The notes under the pieces are model-generated. The model saw only the letters and a program-made list of their open reading frames with translations, was not told the origin of the DNA and did not search any database. Positions 10,717 to 25,087 of a stretch of 64,000 nucleotides of DNA are shown here, in pieces. Made by a program: the position numbers and the translations under genes. Source of the stretch: Amphiscolops sp. MND2022 (taxonomy: Eukaryota); the NCBI GenBank assembly GCA_964187785.1, contig OZ076409.1, forward strand, positions 74,774,001 to 74,838,000. The letters are read 5' to 3'. Position 1 is the stretch's first letter; each line of letters opens with the position of its first letter.

Positions 10717-12004
10717 CTAGGTGGCCGGAAATTTTTTTTTTCATCAAAATCTTTGCCATTGGGGGAGGGGCCCCGGATGGCCAGTAGTACGGGATAGCTT
10801 CCTACCAAATCCAGATGGAAAAAACGTGATTTCGGAAACTAGCCGTCAGAATTTGCTCAAATTTTGCATACGGCTTCCTATGACAATCCTAAGAACTAAT
10901 CCCCACTGGCATTTTGCCCAAAAAACGCAAAAAGTTGGTCAAAATCTTAGTTTTTTGGTCAAAAAATGGCAATTTTTCGAAAAAAATTTTTTTCAGAGAC
11001 AATTACTCGTAACTGGTTCACCCAGCGCAATAACGCCTAGCTGATTTATTGTTGGGCACTTCATGAGGAGTGCGTATACAGTTTTTCGTCCAGATCGGAA
11101 AAAAATTGACTAAGTATTAGCCGGAATTCGGACGCATTTTTTCGCAAATTTTTGAAAACCTAGTCTATCTCTGCCGTTTTTTGCCCAGATTTTTTTCCAG
11201 GTCCTCTCCTAAAGGCCTCCCCTGGCCGGTTTACTTCCCAGAAAAACCATTTGGCCCTAAATACGGAGTTTCAGCGTTCTAGCATTCCCGGGCGAAAAGA
11301 TGTGGGACTTAGAAAAAATTCAAAATTTTTCAAAAATTTTTTTTTTCGTTTTCCGGCCCCCCAATGAAGGGGAACGACCCCCCAACGAGGATTGTTGGTG
11401 AATTCACGTGGAAAGGCCTTGTTTTGTGGAGCAAATTGCCGTTTAGAGCGACTTTTTATCTTAACTTGACGTTGACCTCTGTCGTTTTGAATTTGATATT
11501 AGTATGTGTTGAGCATGTGAAAAGTTGATGATTTCAGTTGTTCTCTCGTGTTCAAGCCATTGAGATACAAGCGGTAGTGATCAAAATGTGATTTATCGCA
11601 ATTTGGTGGTGCTTTTGGTGTATTTTGATTCTTTTAAATAAAAAGTTGTTCTTTATATATTTGGTGTATTGATTCAAATGAACAAGAAACAGTTGAGTAC
11701 ATTTCATCTCCCCCCTTGTGGGGGAGATGAGGATGTACCCGCTAAATGACACGCACAATGGCCCAATTTTATTTTTATGCGACGTTCTCTAGGCTTTTGC
11801 GCAAGCCCACTAAAATTTAGACTGGTTTCCTTTTCTTTTACTCCAAAATTTTCCGTACTAACCACCTTACGCACCACCAGCTCAACGTAACATCTGTAAC
11901 GTCAACGCCACACACTCTCACTAACGCCCACCGTCCGTGGGCATGCCGAGGCATGCCCTTCGACGACGTATGCCAAATAGCGCCATAGGGCGCAAACTTG
12001 TCCG
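10717..12004 (+). mobile_element. Unit U7, type F, 1288 bp (single copy here)
   Basis: Head CTAGGTGGCCGGAAATTT; has the head hairpin, GAGTAC hairpin and terminal palindrome. Confidence 0.7.
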
Positions 12005-14382
12005 CTAGGTGGTCGGGGTGTGTTTCCCAGCCAATTTTGCCGCGCGGGGAGGGACCCGTTCAGCGGCCCAGGTCATTATTTTTTTACATTAAAAAAAACG
12101 ATACCCCGGAAAGCGATTTCGAAACCCACCCGTAGGATCCCTCTGAATTTTTGCATACACCTCCGTATAACAGATGTAAGAAAAAGTCAGCAAGGGCGTT
12201 TTCAGTTCTAAACGGGGAATGTTGACCAAAAAGCGCAATTTATGTCCAAAAAAATGCAATTTTTCGACTTTTTTATTTTTGACGGCCCATAGCGTTTTCC
12301 CAGATGCCCGCCCAAGTCATAAACCGGAATAAACTTTTGTTGGGCACTTCGTGAAGAATCTTTAGGGTGATTTTCGTTTCAATCCTATTTCCTGACGTTG
12401 ACTTATGGTTGGGTGAAAAAACGCAACATTTGTCACAAAAAGTGCTTTTGGTACTCAAGGCCCCATAACTCGTGACATAATCAATTGAGCAAGTTCGTGT
12501 ATACCTACGATTTTGTTGCCTATCTCTAGGAGAACAAACAAGGGGAAACAAAATTTTCTGTGGGAAATCGTCAAAAAAAGATATCACAGGTTTTATACTC
12601 AATAAAACAGTGTTTTTCGGTTATCGTGGAAAAAAAGTAAAATAGTGGCATTTTTCGGCTGTTTAAGGTAGCGGGTATTTTATTGCAGTTATTAACTCAC
12701 CTCTAGTAGTCATTTACTTGGATGATTTTCACTTTTGATAAATTGCATGATAAACTTCATTTTTCGCGTCACCAATATTGACACCCACGATTACAGTCAA
12801 ATTTTTCGCGTTCACGTTTTTGAGTGGATATAACTTTTTTCCAGTGCGTTTTACGGTCTTCATCCAGGAGCACAAAATTGTTGGCCGTCTTAAGCAGAAA
12901 ATATATGGTAAGTTTAGAGTCATTTGAAACGTTTTTGAAATGTCCAGAGATGCACAATTTTACAGTTTTTTTGCCCACAAAACACTATTTTACGAAACCC
13001 AACACTTCTTGCCAAAAAAGTCAAACTTCGTCCACACAACATAGATTGCAAGTGGATGCATGCGGAGAGTACTTGAAATGATAAGAAAAATGAGCTATAG
13101 AACGCTCATTTACGACAACCTGACGTGGACTTAGGATAATTTGAAAAATTACGAAAATAAAGAACAACGGTTCCAAAACAATCAGTTTGTAGTAAATGGC
13201 CAATAACTCCATACACAACCCACCGCGCAAGCTAGTGTCCAAGTACGTTTTTGTTACCCGTGAACAGTGCAACAAATAAGTAAAGGTAAAACTTTATGAA
13301 GAATATCGTCAGTGGAAGAAATAACGTGATTTTATGTCACATTTGAGTGACAAATTTGAAAAATTAGTCTATTCCGGGCATTTTACCTAAACTTTTTCGA
13401 CAGTACACATACAGGGGGTAAAATTGGCCAAATATCATGCCTAACAAAACTATTTGATCCATTGGCCGCAATTTGAGCGTTCCACCTTTCCCCAGTCATA
13501 AATTATGGGACTTCGAAAATTTTCAAAATTTCCATTTTTCAACAAAATTTCAAATTCAGGCCCCCCAAAGGTAAGAAAGTTCCACACAACTAGGATTGCA
13601 AGTGGTTGCATGTGGAAAGTACTCGAACTGACGAGAAAAATGGGCTTTAGAACGTCTCTCTATCGTAACCTGACGTTGACTTATGATGTTTTGAATGTGA
13701 GATTGCTACTGGGTCGATAAGTGTAAGTGGAACATATGTCTCGTCGAAAACTCATCGGAATACATCCAATGAACCCCAATCACCCTCAATTGCAGTTTCC
13801 TAGTGCAACAACGTCTGTCAAGGACCTTTTTTGATAAGAGTCGAAATTATTATTAAATTCAGTTAGCAAGAAACACCTGAGTACATTCTCATCTCTCCCC
13901 ATCGGGGGAGATGAGAATGTACTTGCAAATTGGCCTCATTTGTTTTCATGCGAGGCATTCTGTGCTTTGGCACACATAGATAACTTTGTTTTGTCTGTCT
14001 TTTTGCATATACTTTAAATTGTCATTAGAAATTTGCCGACTTTACTTTACGTAAAATTAACTTTCTACCATGCACCTTTAACGTCAAAGCCACATAAATT
14101 TAGACTCCTATCATCGAAAAACATACCGCGGCATCTTTTTCGATGACGTATGCCGAAACACAAATGTGAAAAAAAGTGATGAGATTCAGAAACAGTGACA
14201 AACAATTTTTACTATTTGACATAAGGTAGGTTTTTATATGGACCTTACACATCACTGATATTTAATAACAATCCAGCTGACGAACACATACCAACATCAC
14301 CGCCCACCGTCCGTAGGCATGCCGAGGCATGCCTTTCGACGACGTATGCCTAATCCATTCCTCCGACGCCCCCACTCCGCCC
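12005..14382 (+). mobile_element. Unit U8, type D, 2378 bp
   Basis: Near-identical to U13; variant palindrome AGGCATGCCGAGGCATGCCT. Confidence 0.7.
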
Positions 14383-15769
14383 CTAGGTGGTCGGGGCGGT
14401 CCCCAGAACGCACAAGGAGGCGCGGGGAGGGTCCTGCGCCGACGTAGAATAATTTCATATAATACTAGTATCCTACATGGGTGTTTTAGAAGCGATTTTG
14501 GAAACTAACCGTAGGATTTGGATAATTTTTTGCATGCGGCCTTAACTCGAAATTCTAAGAACTTTTTCCTACTGTCATTTCCCCCTCAAATTGTTTTGTG
14601 TTGACTTATGGCCGAAAAACCGGAAATAACGTCCTTTTTAGACGTTATATCCGAAGTGTCGTCATAACTTTTTTCCAGGGCATGCTAGCGTTCTTGTTCA
14701 ATTTTACACTTAGTTGCAGCATCTCGAAATACAACTGGTGGAAAATTTCGGTTGCATTCGGATCACCCCCCACCGAGATACAAGGGTTCCCCCCTCCAGT
14801 TTTACCCCCCAAAATTGCAAAAAAGCCAATTTTGAGCATGAAGCCGAGGATTTAGCGTACCCGCACCCTTCTGATGTTTTGTTGTAAGTATTGGGGTCAA
14901 TCTGACCACATGTGTGGTTTTCACCCCCAACCCCCCCTGGGACCGGAAATGACATTTTTTGTGTTTTTCGGCGGAAATTAGCTTTTTTTCTTTAGTAGGC
15001 AGTTGTTTTAGGGACTCCTAGCAGGATATCGAAATTGAAATACAACCTGATCACAACCCAGAGACAACATGTTGGCCATTTGGAGGTACAATCATGACCG
15101 GAAGTGGGGTCAACCCCACTTTTTGTGACCGCTTTTTGACCTTGTGCACCAAAAGGCCAACAACTTGAGGCCTAATGACGCATTCAAATCTGTACAAAGA
15201 TAGAATGTTAGACAACCGAAGTCCCGGAAGCTCTTGAGCATATACCGGAAGTCACCCCCCATGACCGGAAGTTACCCAATGTGACCGGAAAAGGTCCAAA
15301 ATTTAATGTAAAGTTAATTTTTTCACTATTTCAAGACCACTTCGTTGAACGTTTTCAATCCCAAAACTAGCGTTTTGGCTTATTTTGTGAATTTATGGAA
15401 ATTGATGAGCTCTATCACCCCCGATAGCCTTCGAAGTTGACCTTGCGTCAACTTTGGAGGCTATCGAATCTGAAAATGAACAACAAAGCACATTGTTGCT
15501 CTCGTTTTTTTCCGTTGTTTTTTCTCAAACATTCTTGAGACATATACATGGCCGTTAGTTGAAATCGATATTTTAGGCCATGTTATAGCGGGAGTAGCGA
15601 CGCGTTACACAAGCTAGTGTGGTTTTGAACTTACATTATTCAAGATAACAAATGATCGTCTTAGTCAACGCCACACATTCATACCAACGCCCACCGTCTG
15701 TGGGCATGCCGAGGCATGCCCTTCGACGACGTATGAGGAATCTACTCCAACGACGCCCGCAGTCCTCAG
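14383..15769 (+). mobile_element. Unit U9, type A variant, 1387 bp
   Basis: Head CTAGGTGGTCGGGGCGGTCCCCAG; same tail as other A units. Confidence 0.7.
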
Positions 15770-17958
15770 CTAGGTGGAGGTTATTTTATAATAATTAAAG
15801 TGTTTTTTTCCGGAGTTTGTGGCTTTGGAAAAAACAAAAGGCGAGAAATTGGGCACTCCGGGCTGAACCGTATACACTCAAAATTCGCCCAATATTTATA
15901 CGATCTCGAAACCCAGCCGTACGATTTGGCTGAAAATTTGCATGCGGCTAAAAAATCAGATTCTAAGAACTATTTCCTGCTGACATTTTTTTGAAATTTT
16001 TGTGTACGTTTCCCCCCCGCCCCCTAAAGGGGTCAATTTTCCCCAATTTTGCACTTATGAGTCAAATTCTCAAAACTGGTGGATCTGAGCGTATTCCCAG
16101 CGGAGACAACTTTTAACGAGCGCTCTTCAGTAGACCTTTTTGACTTTTTACTTTGGTGGTAGGTTCACCCCCCAAGGAGGAAATGGCTTTTTTGTGACTT
16201 CCGGTCGAGACTTTTTTCACCCAAAAAATAGAAATAAGCCAGTTTTGAGCAGGAAGGAGTGGATTTGAAGTGTCTGTACCCTTCTAAAAATTTGTTGGGC
16301 TTGTAGCGATATATCTCATACCAAGTCTGGTTTTCACCCCCAAACCCCCCTTGGGACCAAAATTCACCCAAACTTTTTTACCTCTGTTTGTAGTTTTTTT
16401 GCAAATTGTCGTCATTTCCATGGGTAAAGAGTTGAATTAGGGGCTCCTAATAGGGTACCAATATTCAAGTACACTTGCAGTGCAACTGAGTGACCCTTGT
16501 TGGGCCTCTCGTGTGCTCGGCAAGGACCGGAAGTGGTGTAAACCCCCCTTTTTTGACGTTTGTTGACCTTGAGTCTCGCGCTTAGATGACGTTTATGTCG
16601 CGCAAGTCCTACAAACCAGTATTCGGATGACACGCTAGCCAACTAGAGAGCAATACGGGAAACCATAACATACCGGAAGTAACCCTCCGTGACCGGAAGT
16701 TGTCATTTTTGGCCGGAAATGGTCCAAAACCTAGCGTAAAAGCAGTTTTTCTTTGCTTTTAAAGTCAACTTATTACAATTTTCAATCTGCGCGAGCTTGT
16801 CCTAAGGTTCGTTCTGTTGCCAGTGCACACTTTAACAAATATACATCTGTAAAATTTTCGCTATAATATCGTCGGAGAGAGAAATAACGGGTTTATGGGA
16901 CTTTTTTCAAAAACGATAGTCTGTATCTGTCTTTTTTACCCAACGTTTTTCAACAGTAGAACCACAGGGGTTAGTCTCTGCCCAAATATATGCCTAACAA
17001 AACCAGTTCACCCATTGGTTGCAATTTGAGCGTTCTAGCTTTGCCAGGTCACAAGTTATGAGACTTGAAAAGTTTCCAAAATTTTTTCCGAAAATTTGTT
17101 TCTAAACTTCATGTCTCCCAAAGTTAAGAATCTTCCGCACAACTAGGATTGCAAGTGAATGCATGTGGTAGAACCTTTAAATGGAGAGAAAATATCCGTA
17201 TAGAACGTCTCTTTATCGTATTTTGACGTCGAGAGATGTTGCTTTGAATGCCAGCTTGATAAGACGTCGAGTAGTAACAGTGTGTAAATGGAACATATGT
17301 CTCAACAAATACTCATCGGAATACATGCGATGAAACCCAATTACCCTCAATTTCAGTTGCCTAGTACAACAACGTCTTCCAAGGAACTTTTAATCTTTTT
17401 GAGAAGTGTTGAAGTCATCATTAAATTCAGTTAGCAAGAAACAATTGAGTACATTCTCATCTCTCCCCATCGGGTGAGATGAGAATGTTCTTGCTAAAAG
17501 CCAGGTACTACTGCCCAATTTTGTTTTATTGCGACGCATTCGGTGCTTTAGCACATAGATACTTTTATTCCGTCTCACGTTTTGTATACACTCTGATTTG
17601 TTGTTATAAATTTCTCGTCATTACTTTACATAAACTAACTACAATCGTGAACTTCAACGTCATAGCCAAATTCATTTAGACGCCCACCTTTCCGTGGGTA
17701 TGCCGAGGTATGCCTTTCGAAGACGTATGTCAAAACGCAAATGCGATAAAAAAGGTGCTGATATTCGGAAACAGTGACAAACAAATTGACTATTTGATAT
17801 TTGGTAGGTTTTTATATGGAACTTACACATCACTGACATTTCAAAACATTCCAGCTGACGGCCACATACGAACATCAACGCCCACCGTCCGTGGGCATGC
17901 CGAGGCATGCCCTTCGACGACGTATGGCAAATACCTTCATCGACGCCTCCACATTCCC
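15770..17958 (+). mobile_element. Unit U10, type B variant, 2189 bp
   Basis: B head; the last ~30 bp are D-like. Confidence 0.7.
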
Positions 17959-20334
17959 CTAGGTGGTCGGGGTGTTTCCCAGCCGGTTTGGCCGCGCGGG
18001 GAGGGACCCGTTCAGCGGCCCAGGTAATTAAGATTTTGTCATTAAAAAAATGACCCATCCGGAAAGCGATTTCGAAACCCACCCGTAGGATCCCTCTGAA
18101 TTTTTGCATGCACCTCCGTATAACAGATGTAAGATAAAGTCAGCAAGGGCGTTTTCAGTTCTAAACGGGGAATGTTGACCAAAAAGCGCAATTTATGTCC
18201 AAAAAAATGCAATTTTTCGACTTTTTTATTTTTGACGGCCAACAGCTCTTTTCCAGATGCCCGCCCAAGTCATAAACCGGAGTAAGCTTTTGTTGGGCAC
18301 TTCGTGAAGAATCTTTAGGGTGATTTTCGTTTCAATCCTATTTCCTGACGTTGACTTATGGTTGGTTGAAAAAACGCAACATTTGTTACAAAAAGTGCTT
18401 TTGGTACTCAAGGGCCCATAACTCGTGACATAATCAATTGAGCAAGTTCGTGTATACTTACAATTTTGTTGCCTATCTATAGGAGAACAAACAAGCAGAA
18501 ACAAAATTGTCTGTGGGAAGACGTCAAAAAAAGATATCAAAGGTTTTATACTCAATAAAATGGTGTTTTTCGATTATCGTGGAAAAAATGTAAAAGGGTG
18601 GCATTTTTCGGCTGTTCAAGGTAGCGGGTAGTTTATTGCAGTTATTAACTCACCTCTAGTAGTCATTTACTTGGATGATTTTCAATGTTGATAAATTGCA
18701 TGATAAACTTCATTTTTTGCGTCACCAATATTGACACCCACGATTTCAGTCAATTTTTTCGCGTTCACGTTTTTGAGTGGATATAACTTTTTTCCAGTGC
18801 GTTTTACGGTCATCATCCAGGAGCACAAAATTGTTGGCCGTCTTAAGCAGAAAATATATGGTAAGTTTAGAGTCATTTGAAACGTTTTTGAAATGTCCAG
18901 AGATGCACAAATTTACAGTTTTTTTGCCCACAAAACACTATTTTACGAAACCCAACACTTTTTGCCAAAAAAGTCAAACTTTGTCCACACAACTTAGATT
19001 GCAAGTGAATGCATGCGGAGAGTAGTTGAAATGATGGGAAAAATGAGCTATAGAACGCTCATTTACGACAACCTGACGTGGACTTAGGATAATTTGAAAA
19101 AGTACGAAAAAAAAGAACAACGGTTCCAAAACAATCAGTTTGTAGTAAATGGCCAATAACTCCATACACAACCCTCCGCGCAAGCTAGTGTCCAAGTACG
19201 TTTTTGTTACCCGTGAACAGTGCAACAAATAAGTAAAAGTAAAACTTTATGTAGAGAATCGTCGGAGAAAGAAATAACGGGATTTTTTATCACATTTAAG
19301 AGACAAAATTGAAAAATTAGTCTATTCCTGGCATTTTACCTAAACTTTTTCGACAGTACACATACAGGAGGTAAAATTCGCCCAATATCATGCCTAACAA
19401 AACTATTTGATCCATTGGCCGCAATTTGAGCGTTCCACCTTTCCCCAGTCATAAATTATGGGACTTCGAAAATTTTCAAAAGTTCCATTTTTCAACAAAA
19501 TTTCAAATTCAGGCCTCCCAAAGGTAAGAAAGTTCCACACAACTAGGATTGCAAGTGGTTGCATGTGGAAAGTGCTCGAACCGACAAGAAAAATGGGCTT
19601 TAGAACGTCTCTCTATCGTAACCTGACGTTGACTTATGATGTTTTGAATGTGATACTGCTACGTGCTCGAGAAGTGTAAGTGGAACATATGTCTCGTTGA
19701 ATACTCATCGGAATACATTCAATGAACCCAATCACCCTAAATTGCAGTTTCCTAGTGCAACAACGTCTGTCAAGGACCTTTTTTGATAAGAGTCGAAATT
19801 ATTATTAAATTCAGTTAGCAAGAAACACTTGAGTACATTCTCATCTCTCCCCATCGGGGGAGATGAGAATGTACTTGCTAAAACGGCTTCTTTGTTTTCA
19901 TGCGATGGATTCTGTGCCTTGCCACACATATAACTTTGTTTTGTGTGACCTTGCGTATATACTTTGACTTGTCATTATAAATTTCTTCTCGTAAATTTAC
20001 GTAAATCAACAATGCATCTACAATGCACCTTCAACGTCAAAGCCAAATAAATATAGCTGGCCACCGTCCGTAGGCAGAGCAAGGCATGCTTTTTGACGAC
20101 GTATGCCGAAACACAAACGCAAACAAAACTGCTGAAAATCAGAAACAGTGACCAACAATTTTGACTGTTTGACATATGGTAGGTTTTTATATGGAACTTA
20201 CACATCACTGATATTTCACAACATTTCAGCTGACGCCCACCTACCACTATCAACGCGCACCGTCAGTGGGCATGCCGAGGCATGCCCTTCGACGACGTAT
20301 GGCTAACACCTTCAGCGACGCCCCCGCGCTCCCC
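17959..20334 (+). mobile_element. Unit U11, type D, 2376 bp
   Basis: Near-identical to U5. Confidence 0.7.
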
Positions 20335-22709
20335 CTAGGTGGTCGGGGTTGTTCCCAGCCGTTTTGGCCGCGCGGGGAGGGACCCGTTCAGCGGCCCTGG
20401 TAATTAAGATTTTGTCATTGAAAAAAATGACCACCCGGAAAGCGATTTCGAAACCCACCCGTAGGATCCCTCTGAATTTTTGCATACACCTCCGTATAAC
20501 AGTTGTAAGAAAAAGTCAGCAAGGACGTTTTCAGTTCTAAACGGGGAATGTTGACCAAAAAGCGCAATTTATGTCCAAAAAAATGCAATTTTTCGACTTT
20601 TTTATTTTTGACGGCCCACAGCTCTTTTCCAGATGCCCGCCCAAGTCATAAACCGGAGAGAACTTTTGTTGGGCACTTCGTGAAGAATCTTTAGGGTGAT
20701 TTTTGTTTCAATCCTATTTCCTCACGTTGACTTCTATGTGACGCAATTAGGTGACAAATTCGGTAAAAAAACGCAATTTTGGTACTCAAGGGCCCATAAC
20801 TCGTTACAGAGTCAATTTAGCAAGTTCATTTACTTTTACGTTTTTGTTGCCGATCTATGGGCAAACAATTAAGCAAGAACAAATTTTTCTGTGAAACATC
20901 GTCAAAAAAAGATATCACAGGTTTCAAAAACGCAAAAAATGTACTTTTTTGGATTTTGTGGAAAAAATAGAAAAAGGTGGCATCTACCGGCTGTTTCAGG
21001 TAGCGGATATTTTATTGCAGTTAATAACTCACCTTTAGTAGTCATTTACTTGGATGGTATTTGACTTTGATAAAAGGCATGATAACTTTCATTTTTCGCC
21101 TCACCAATATTGACACCCACGACTACAGTCGATTCGTCGAATTCACGTATTTAACTGGACATAACTTTTTTCCAGAGCGTTTTACGGTCCTCACACAGGA
21201 GTGCAAAATTGTTGCCCGTCTTAAACGGAAGGCATATAGTGAGTTTAGAGTAATTTGAAACGTTTTTGACATGTCCAGAGATGCACAAATTTACAGTTTT
21301 TTTGCCCACAAAACACTATTTTACGAAACCGAACACTTTTTGCCAAAAAAGTCAAACTTCGTCCACACAACTTAGATTGCAAGTGGATTCATGCGAAGAG
21401 TACTTGAAATGACGAGAAAAATGAGCTAAAGAACGCTCATTTACGACAACTTGACGTGGACTTAAGATAATTTGAAAATCACAAAAAAAGAACAACGATT
21501 CCAAAACAATCAGTTTGTAGTAAATGGCCAATAACTCCATACACAACCCTCCGCGCAAGATAGTGAACAAGTACGTTTTTATTACCTGTAAGCAGTGCAA
21601 CAGATAAGCGGAAGTAAAACTTTATGTAGAAAATCGTCGGGGAAAGAAATAACGGGATTTTATATCACATTTAGGTGACAAAATTCAAAAATCAGTCTAT
21701 CCATGGCATTTTCCCTAATATTTTTCGACAATACACCCACACGGGGTGAAATCTGCCTAAAATTGTGCCTACTAATACTATTTGATCCTTTGGCCACAAA
21801 TTGAGCGTTCTAGTTTTCCCAGTAAAAATTTATGGGACTTCGAAAATTTTCAAAATTTCCATTTTTCTACAAAATTTTAACTTCAGGCCTCCCAAAGTTA
21901 AGAAAGTTCCACACAACTAGGATTGCAAGTGGATGCATGTGGAAAGTACTCGAATAGACGAGAAAAGAGGGCTATAGAACGTCTCTCTATCGTAAGCTGA
22001 CGTTGACTTATGACGTTTTGAATGTGAGTTTGCTAAGGTGTCGAGAAGTCAAAATGTGTAAGTGGAACATATGTCTCGTCGAAAACTCATCGGAATACAT
22101 TCAATGAACCCCAATTACCCTCACTGTTAGTTGCGTACTGCAACAACGTCCTTCGAGGTCCTTTTTTGATAAGTGTCGAAATCATTATTAAATTCAGTTA
22201 GCAAGAAACACTTGAGTACATTCTCATCTCTCCCCATAGGGGGAGATGAGAATGTACTTGCTAAAATGGCCTCCTTGTTTTCATGCGATGGATTCTGTGC
22301 TTTGCCGCATATACAACTTTGTTTTATGACTTTTGGTATTTACTTTTTCTTGTCATTATAAATTTCCTTTTCCTACATTTACGTAAAATTAACTTTCTAC
22401 CATGAGCCTTTAAAGTCAAAGCCAAATAAATTTAGAAGCACACCATCCTTAGGCATGGCAAGGCATGTTTTTTGTTGACGTATACCAAAACTCAAATGCG
22501 ACCAAAAGTCCTGAAATTTACAATCAGTGACAAACAATTTTGACTATATGACATATGGTAGGTGTTTATATGGAACCTTCTCTGATATTTCAAAAAATTC
22601 CAGTTGACGCCCACATACCATCATCAACGCCCACCGTCCGTGGGCATGCCGAGGCATGCCCTTCGACGACGTATACCAATTACCCTCTTACCGACGCCCC
22701 CGCCCACCT
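20335..22709 (+). mobile_element. Unit U12, type D variant, 2375 bp
   Basis: D head; diverged interior related to U19/U20/U25. Confidence 0.7.
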
Positions 22710-25087
22710 CTAGGTGGTCGGGGTGTGTTTCCCAGCCAATTTTGCCGCGCGGGGAGGGACCCGTTCAGCGGCCCAGGTCATTATTTTTTTACATTAAAAA
22801 AAACGATACCCCGGAAAGCGATTTCGAAACCCACCCGTAGGATCCCTCTGAATTTTTGCATACACCTCCGTATAACAGATGTAAGAAAAAGTCAGCAAGG
22901 GCGTTTTCAGTTCTAAACGGGGAATGTTGACCAAAAAGCGCAATTTATGTCCAAAAAAATGCAATTTTTCGACTTTTTTATTTTTGACGGCCCATAGCGT
23001 TTTCCCAGATGCCCGCCCAAGTCATAAACCGGAGTAAACTTTTGTTGGGCACTTCGTGAAGAATCTTTAGGGTGATTTTCGTTTCAATCCTATTTCCTGA
23101 CGTTGACTTATGGTTGGGTGAAAAAACGCAACATTTGTCACAAAAAGTGCTTTTGGTACTCAAGGCCCCATAACTCGTGACATAATCAATTGAGCAAGTT
23201 CGTGTATACCTACGATTTTGTTGCCTATCTCTAGGAGAACAAACAAGGGGATACAAACTTTTCTGTGGGAAATCGTCAAAAAAAGATATCACAGGTTTTA
23301 TACTCAATAAAACAGTGTTTTTCGGTTATCGTGGAAAAAATGTAAAATAGTGGCATTTTTCGGCTGTTTAAGGTAGCGGGTATTTTATTGCAGTTATTAA
23401 CTCACCTCTAGTAGTCATTTACTTGGATGATTTTCACTTTTGATAAATTGCATGATAAACTTCATTTTTCGCGTCACCAATATTGACACCCACGATTACA
23501 GTCAAATTTTTCGCGTTCACGTTTTTGAGTGGATATAACTTTTTTCCAGTGCGTTTTACGGTCTTCATCCAGGAGCACAAAATTGTTGGCCGTCTTAAGC
23601 AGAAAATATATGGTAAGTTTAGAGTCATTTGAAACGTTTTTGAAATGTCCAGAGATGCACAAATTTACAGTTTTTTTGCCCACAAAACACTATTTTACGA
23701 AACCCAACACTTTTTGCCAAAAAAGTCAAACTTCGTCCACACAACATAGATTGCAAGTGGATGCATGCGGAGAGTACTTGAAATGATAAGAAAAATGAGC
23801 TATAGAACGCTCATTTACGACAACCTGACGTGGACTTAGGATAATTTGAAAAATTACGAAAATAAAGAACAACGGTTCCAAAACAATCAGTTTGTAGTAA
23901 ATGGCCAATAACTCCATACACAACCCACCGCGCAAGCTAGTGTCCAAGTACGTTTTTGTTACCCGTGAACAGTGCAACAAATAAGTAAAGGTAAAACTTT
24001 ATGAAGAATATCGTCAGTGGAAGAAATAACGTGATTTTATGTCACATTTGAGTGACAAATTTGAAAAATTAGTCTATTCCGGGCATTTTACCTAAACTTT
24101 TTCGACAGTACACATACAGGGGATAAAATTGGCCAAATATCATGCCTAACAAAACTATTTGATCCATTGGCCGCAATTTGAGCGTTCCACCTTTCCCCAG
24201 TCATAAATTATGGCACTTCGAAAATTTTCAAAATTTCCATTTTTCAACAAAATTTCAAATTCAGGCCCCCCAAAGGTAAGAAAGTTCCACACAACTAGGA
24301 TTGCAAGTGGTTGCATGTGGAAAGTACTTGAACTGACGAGAAAAATGGGCTTTAGAACGTCTCTCTATCGTAACCTGACGTTGACTTATGATGTTTTGAA
24401 TGTGAGATTGCTACGGGGTCGAGAAGTGTAAGTGGAACATATGTCTCGTCGAAAACTCATCGGAATACATCCAATGAACCCCAATCACCCTCAATTGCAG
24501 TTTCCTAGTGCAACAACGTCTGTCAAGGACCTTTTTTGATAAGAGTCGAAATTATTATTAAATTCAGTTAGCAAGAAACACCTGAGTACATTCTCATCTC
24601 TCCCCATCGGGGGAGATGAGAATGTACTTGCAAATTGGCCTCATTTGTTTTCATGCGAGGCATTCTGTGCTTTGGCACACATAGATAACTTTGTTTTGTC
24701 TGTCTTTTTGCATATACTTTAAATTGTCATTAGAAATTTGCCGACTTTACTTTACGTAAAATTAACTTTCTACCATGCACCTTTAACGTCAAAGCCACAT
24801 AAATTTAGACTCCTATCATCGAAAAACATACCGCGGCATCTTTTTCGATGACGTATGCCGAAACACAAATGTGAAAAAAAGTGATGAGATTCAGAAACAG
24901 TGACAAACAATTTTTACTATTTGACATAAGGTAGGTTTTTATATGGACCTTACACATCACTGATATTTAATAACAATCCAGCTGACGAACACATACCAAC
25001 ATCACCGCCCACCGTCCGTAGGCATGCCGAGGCATGCCTTTCGACGACGTATGCCCAATCCATTCCTCCGACGCCCCCACTCCGCCC
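22710..25087 (+). mobile_element. Unit U13, type D, 2378 bp
   Basis: Near-identical to U8. Confidence 0.7.
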
